Below are positions 62,501-64,000 of a DNA stretch of 64,000 nt, piece by piece. A program made the position numbers and the translations under genes. Under the pieces are notes generated by a model. It did not search any database. It worked only from the letters and a program-made list of their open reading frames with translations, and was not told where the DNA came from. Origin of the DNA: Malacoraja senta (taxonomy: Eukaryota); assembly GCA_038087875.1 (NCBI GenBank), contig CM075989.1, positions 18,850,001 through 18,914,000 on the forward strand. The letters run 5' to 3'. Numbering within the stretch: the stretch's first letter is position 1; each line of letters starts with the position of its first letter.

Positions 62501-62550
62501 GATGGTGAAATACGGGACAATTAAACCAGAAGAAGGCGTTTCATACCTGG
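50450..62550 (+). CDS. SCG3: Secretogranin III, 5' part (exons 1-8; gene continues past window end)
   Basis: Signal peptide followed by hallmark SCG3 peptides [35 protein letters not shown] and [27 protein letters not shown]; phases consistent. Confidence 0.96.
51685..51712 (+). ncRNA. Minimal hammerhead ribozyme motif, SCG3-sense, intron 1
   Basis: CTGAAGA-A-AGGTC[CC]GACCT-GAAA-CGTC; A-T replaces G-C at the stem II base. Confidence 0.6.
52077..54064 (-). mobile_element. Young 5'-truncated CR1-type LINE (ORF2/RT remnant, inactive)
   Basis: ORFs 53393-53875 and 52333-53373 encode CR1 RT motifs ([42 protein letters not shown]); (CTATGTAT)-type tail; ACTT duplicated at both ends; frameshift and loss of the FADD motif. 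Confidence 0.93.
54546..54598 (+). CDS. SCG3: SCG3 exon 2 (53 nt)
   Basis: [22 protein letters not shown]. Confidence 0.92.
55022..55578 (+). mobile_element. CR1 LINE 3' fragment
   Basis: [14 protein letters not shown]...[10 protein letters not shown]; 3'UTR and TTCTATG tail. Confidence 0.88.
55609..55636 (+). CDS. SCG3: SCG3 exon 3, 28-nt microexon (predicted)
   Basis: Strong pyrimidine tract + CAG, donor [18 protein letters not shown]; bridges the phase-0 end of exon 2 to the phase-1 start of exon 4. Confidence 0.7.
55736..55954 (+). CDS. SCG3: SCG3 exon 4 (219 nt)
   Basis: [25 protein letters not shown]...[28 protein letters not shown]. Confidence 0.9.
56806..56948 (+). CDS. SCG3: SCG3 exon 5 (143 nt)
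   Basis: [52 protein letters not shown]. Confidence 0.96.
57081..57547 (-). mobile_element. Rex1/Babar-like LINE 3' end inserted inside a SINE
   Basis: Near-identical reverse complement of about 8985-9420; interrupts a SINE spanning about 56955-57712. Confidence 0.82.
58281..58445 (+). CDS. SCG3: SCG3 exon 6 (165 nt)
   Basis: [29 protein letters not shown]...DREEDE; AG/GT. Confidence 0.9.
60405..60570 (+). CDS. SCG3: SCG3 exon 7 (166 nt)
   Basis: KIAKAANK...[24 protein letters not shown]. Confidence 0.9.
60590..61345 (+). mobile_element. Penelope-like element 3' end (GIY-YIG C-terminus, 3'UTR, hammerhead motif), interrupted by a SINE
   Basis: [26 protein letters not shown] / [12 protein letters not shown]-rich spacer, then CTGAAGA-stem-GAAACGTC at 61215-61242. 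Confidence 0.75.
61215..61242 (+). ncRNA. Minimal hammerhead ribozyme motif, SCG3-sense, intron 7
   Basis: CTGAAGA-A-GGGT[TCCG]ACCC-GAAA-CGTC. Confidence 0.63.
62434..62550 (+). CDS. SCG3: SCG3 exon 8 (117 nt)
   Basis: [43 protein letters not shown]. Confidence 0.96.
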
Positions 62551-62926
62551 GTGAGATTACATTTAAATATACACTGATTACATTTTATATTAGTGTCTAA
62601 TGATCAAAAAGTGCATTAATGAACAACTTCTCTTGTGAGAAGCAAGGAGAGGGAAGAATTACATTTCATGTTTTTCTTCACTCCTTACAATGCCGTGTAC
62701 GACAGTGATCGCAACTTCTACTGAAGTGTGGATGGCCGTTGGCTCACTAGGAGCTCATCCGCCCTTTGACAGGTCTTGTTTTTGGTCCTGCTGGGGGTCC
62801 ACAGCCACCTCCTCACCTGGCAAACCAGGTGGGGGAGACGGTTTAGTCGCCGACTATCCGATGGAGCAGGTAGCACGGGATTACATGGTACCCGTGGCGG
62901 GGGAAACTCACCCCGACTGGACCTGA

Positions 62927-63860
62927 AAAGTGCAAGGTCTTGCATTTTAGAAGTCAAACCAGGCCAGGACCTTCAAAATGAACGGTCGGCCCCGAGGAGT
63001 GTTGTAGAACAGAGGGATATCGGATGAAAGGTATATAGTTTCTTGAAAATAGCATCATAGGTAGATAGGGTGGTGAAGATGGCTTTTGGCATGCTGGCCT
63101 TCATTAGGCAGGGAATTGCATATAGAGATTGGGACGCTGTGTTACTGTTGTGCAAAATATTCATAAGATCGTGCTTGGAGTATTATGTTCACTTTTGGTC
63201 ACCTTGCTGGAGGAACGATGCCATTAAGCAGATTGACAAATTCTTGATTAGTACGGGTGTCAGGGTTATGGGGAGAAGGCAGGAGAATGGGGTTGAGCGG
63301 GAGAGGTAGATCAGCGACGATTGAATGGCGGAGTAGACTTGATGGGCCGAATGGCCTAATTCTGCTCCTAGAAGGTATGAAGCTGGAAAAAGGGTGCAAA
63401 GAAGATTCACGAGGATGTTACAAGGGCTTGAGGGCCTGAGCTACAGGGAGATGTTGGGCAGGCTAAGACTTTGTTCCTTTGAGTGCAGGAGGCTGAGGGG
63501 TGATCTTACAGAGGTGTACAAAATCATAAGGGGAATAGAGACGGTGAAAGCATATAGTATTTTTCCTAGGGGAGGAGAATCAAGAACCAGAAGGTGTAGG
63601 TTTAAGGTGTGAGGGGAAAGATTTAATATGAACCTGAGAGGCAACTTTTCCACCCGAGGGTGGTGGGTATATGGAATGAACTGCCAGAGGAAGTGGTTGA
63701 GGCAGATACAATACTACATTGAAAAGGACATTTGGACAGGTGCATGAATAGAGAGATATGGACCATACACGGGCAAAAGGGACTAGCTTAGATGGGACAT
63801 TTTGATCGCCATGGATGAGTTTGGCCAAAGGATCTGTTTCAGTCCTCTATAACTCTATGA
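62927..63860 (+). mobile_element. Degenerate CR1 LINE 3' region with a nested second CR1 tail
   Basis: KMAFGMLAFIRQGIAYR...LEYYVHFWSP; QRRFTRMLQGLEGLSYRE...RLRGDLTEVYKI. Confidence 0.8.
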
Positions 63861-64000
63861 CCCTCAGAAGACAATGGAACATCACCTGTAGGTGCAACAG
63901 GGAAATGATGTAGGTCGGTTCTGCATCCTGTCATGGATGAAATATGTAACATTAATCCTTGTTCAATTACACTTGAAGGTCGGATAGAAATTTTGAAAAG

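Overview
Eukaryotic (vertebrate) genomic DNA, very probably an elasmobranch such as a skate or ray. This is inferred from the dense HE1/V-SINE-type SINEs, CR1 LINEs and Penelope-like repeats. Two protein-coding genes lie head-to-head. (1) A complete AP4E1 (AP-4 complex epsilon subunit) on the minus strand: 21 coding exons, 42180->4983, 3426 nt, 1141 aa. All exons were assembled by hand with consistent phases, and one intron is U12-type AT-AC. (2) The first 8 coding exons of SCG3 (secretogranin III) on the plus strand, from 50450; the gene runs off the window end. Most supplied ORFs are repeat-derived noise. Main points of interest: (a) an abundant short Penelope-derived repeat carrying a minimal hammerhead-ribozyme motif (roughly 25 copies, several intact, some on the sense strand of host introns), physically linked to GIY-YIG relics; (b) a 45-bp-period array of nine co-oriented CTCF-consensus motifs with internal fold-back hairpins at the AP4E1 promoter, facing SCG3; (c) the AT-AC minor intron; (d) a 28-nt SCG3 microexon, and an RE1-like site plus twin CRE-like sites at the SCG3 5' end; (e) recurrent fold-back inversions, including a near-perfect palindrome with 69-bp arms.
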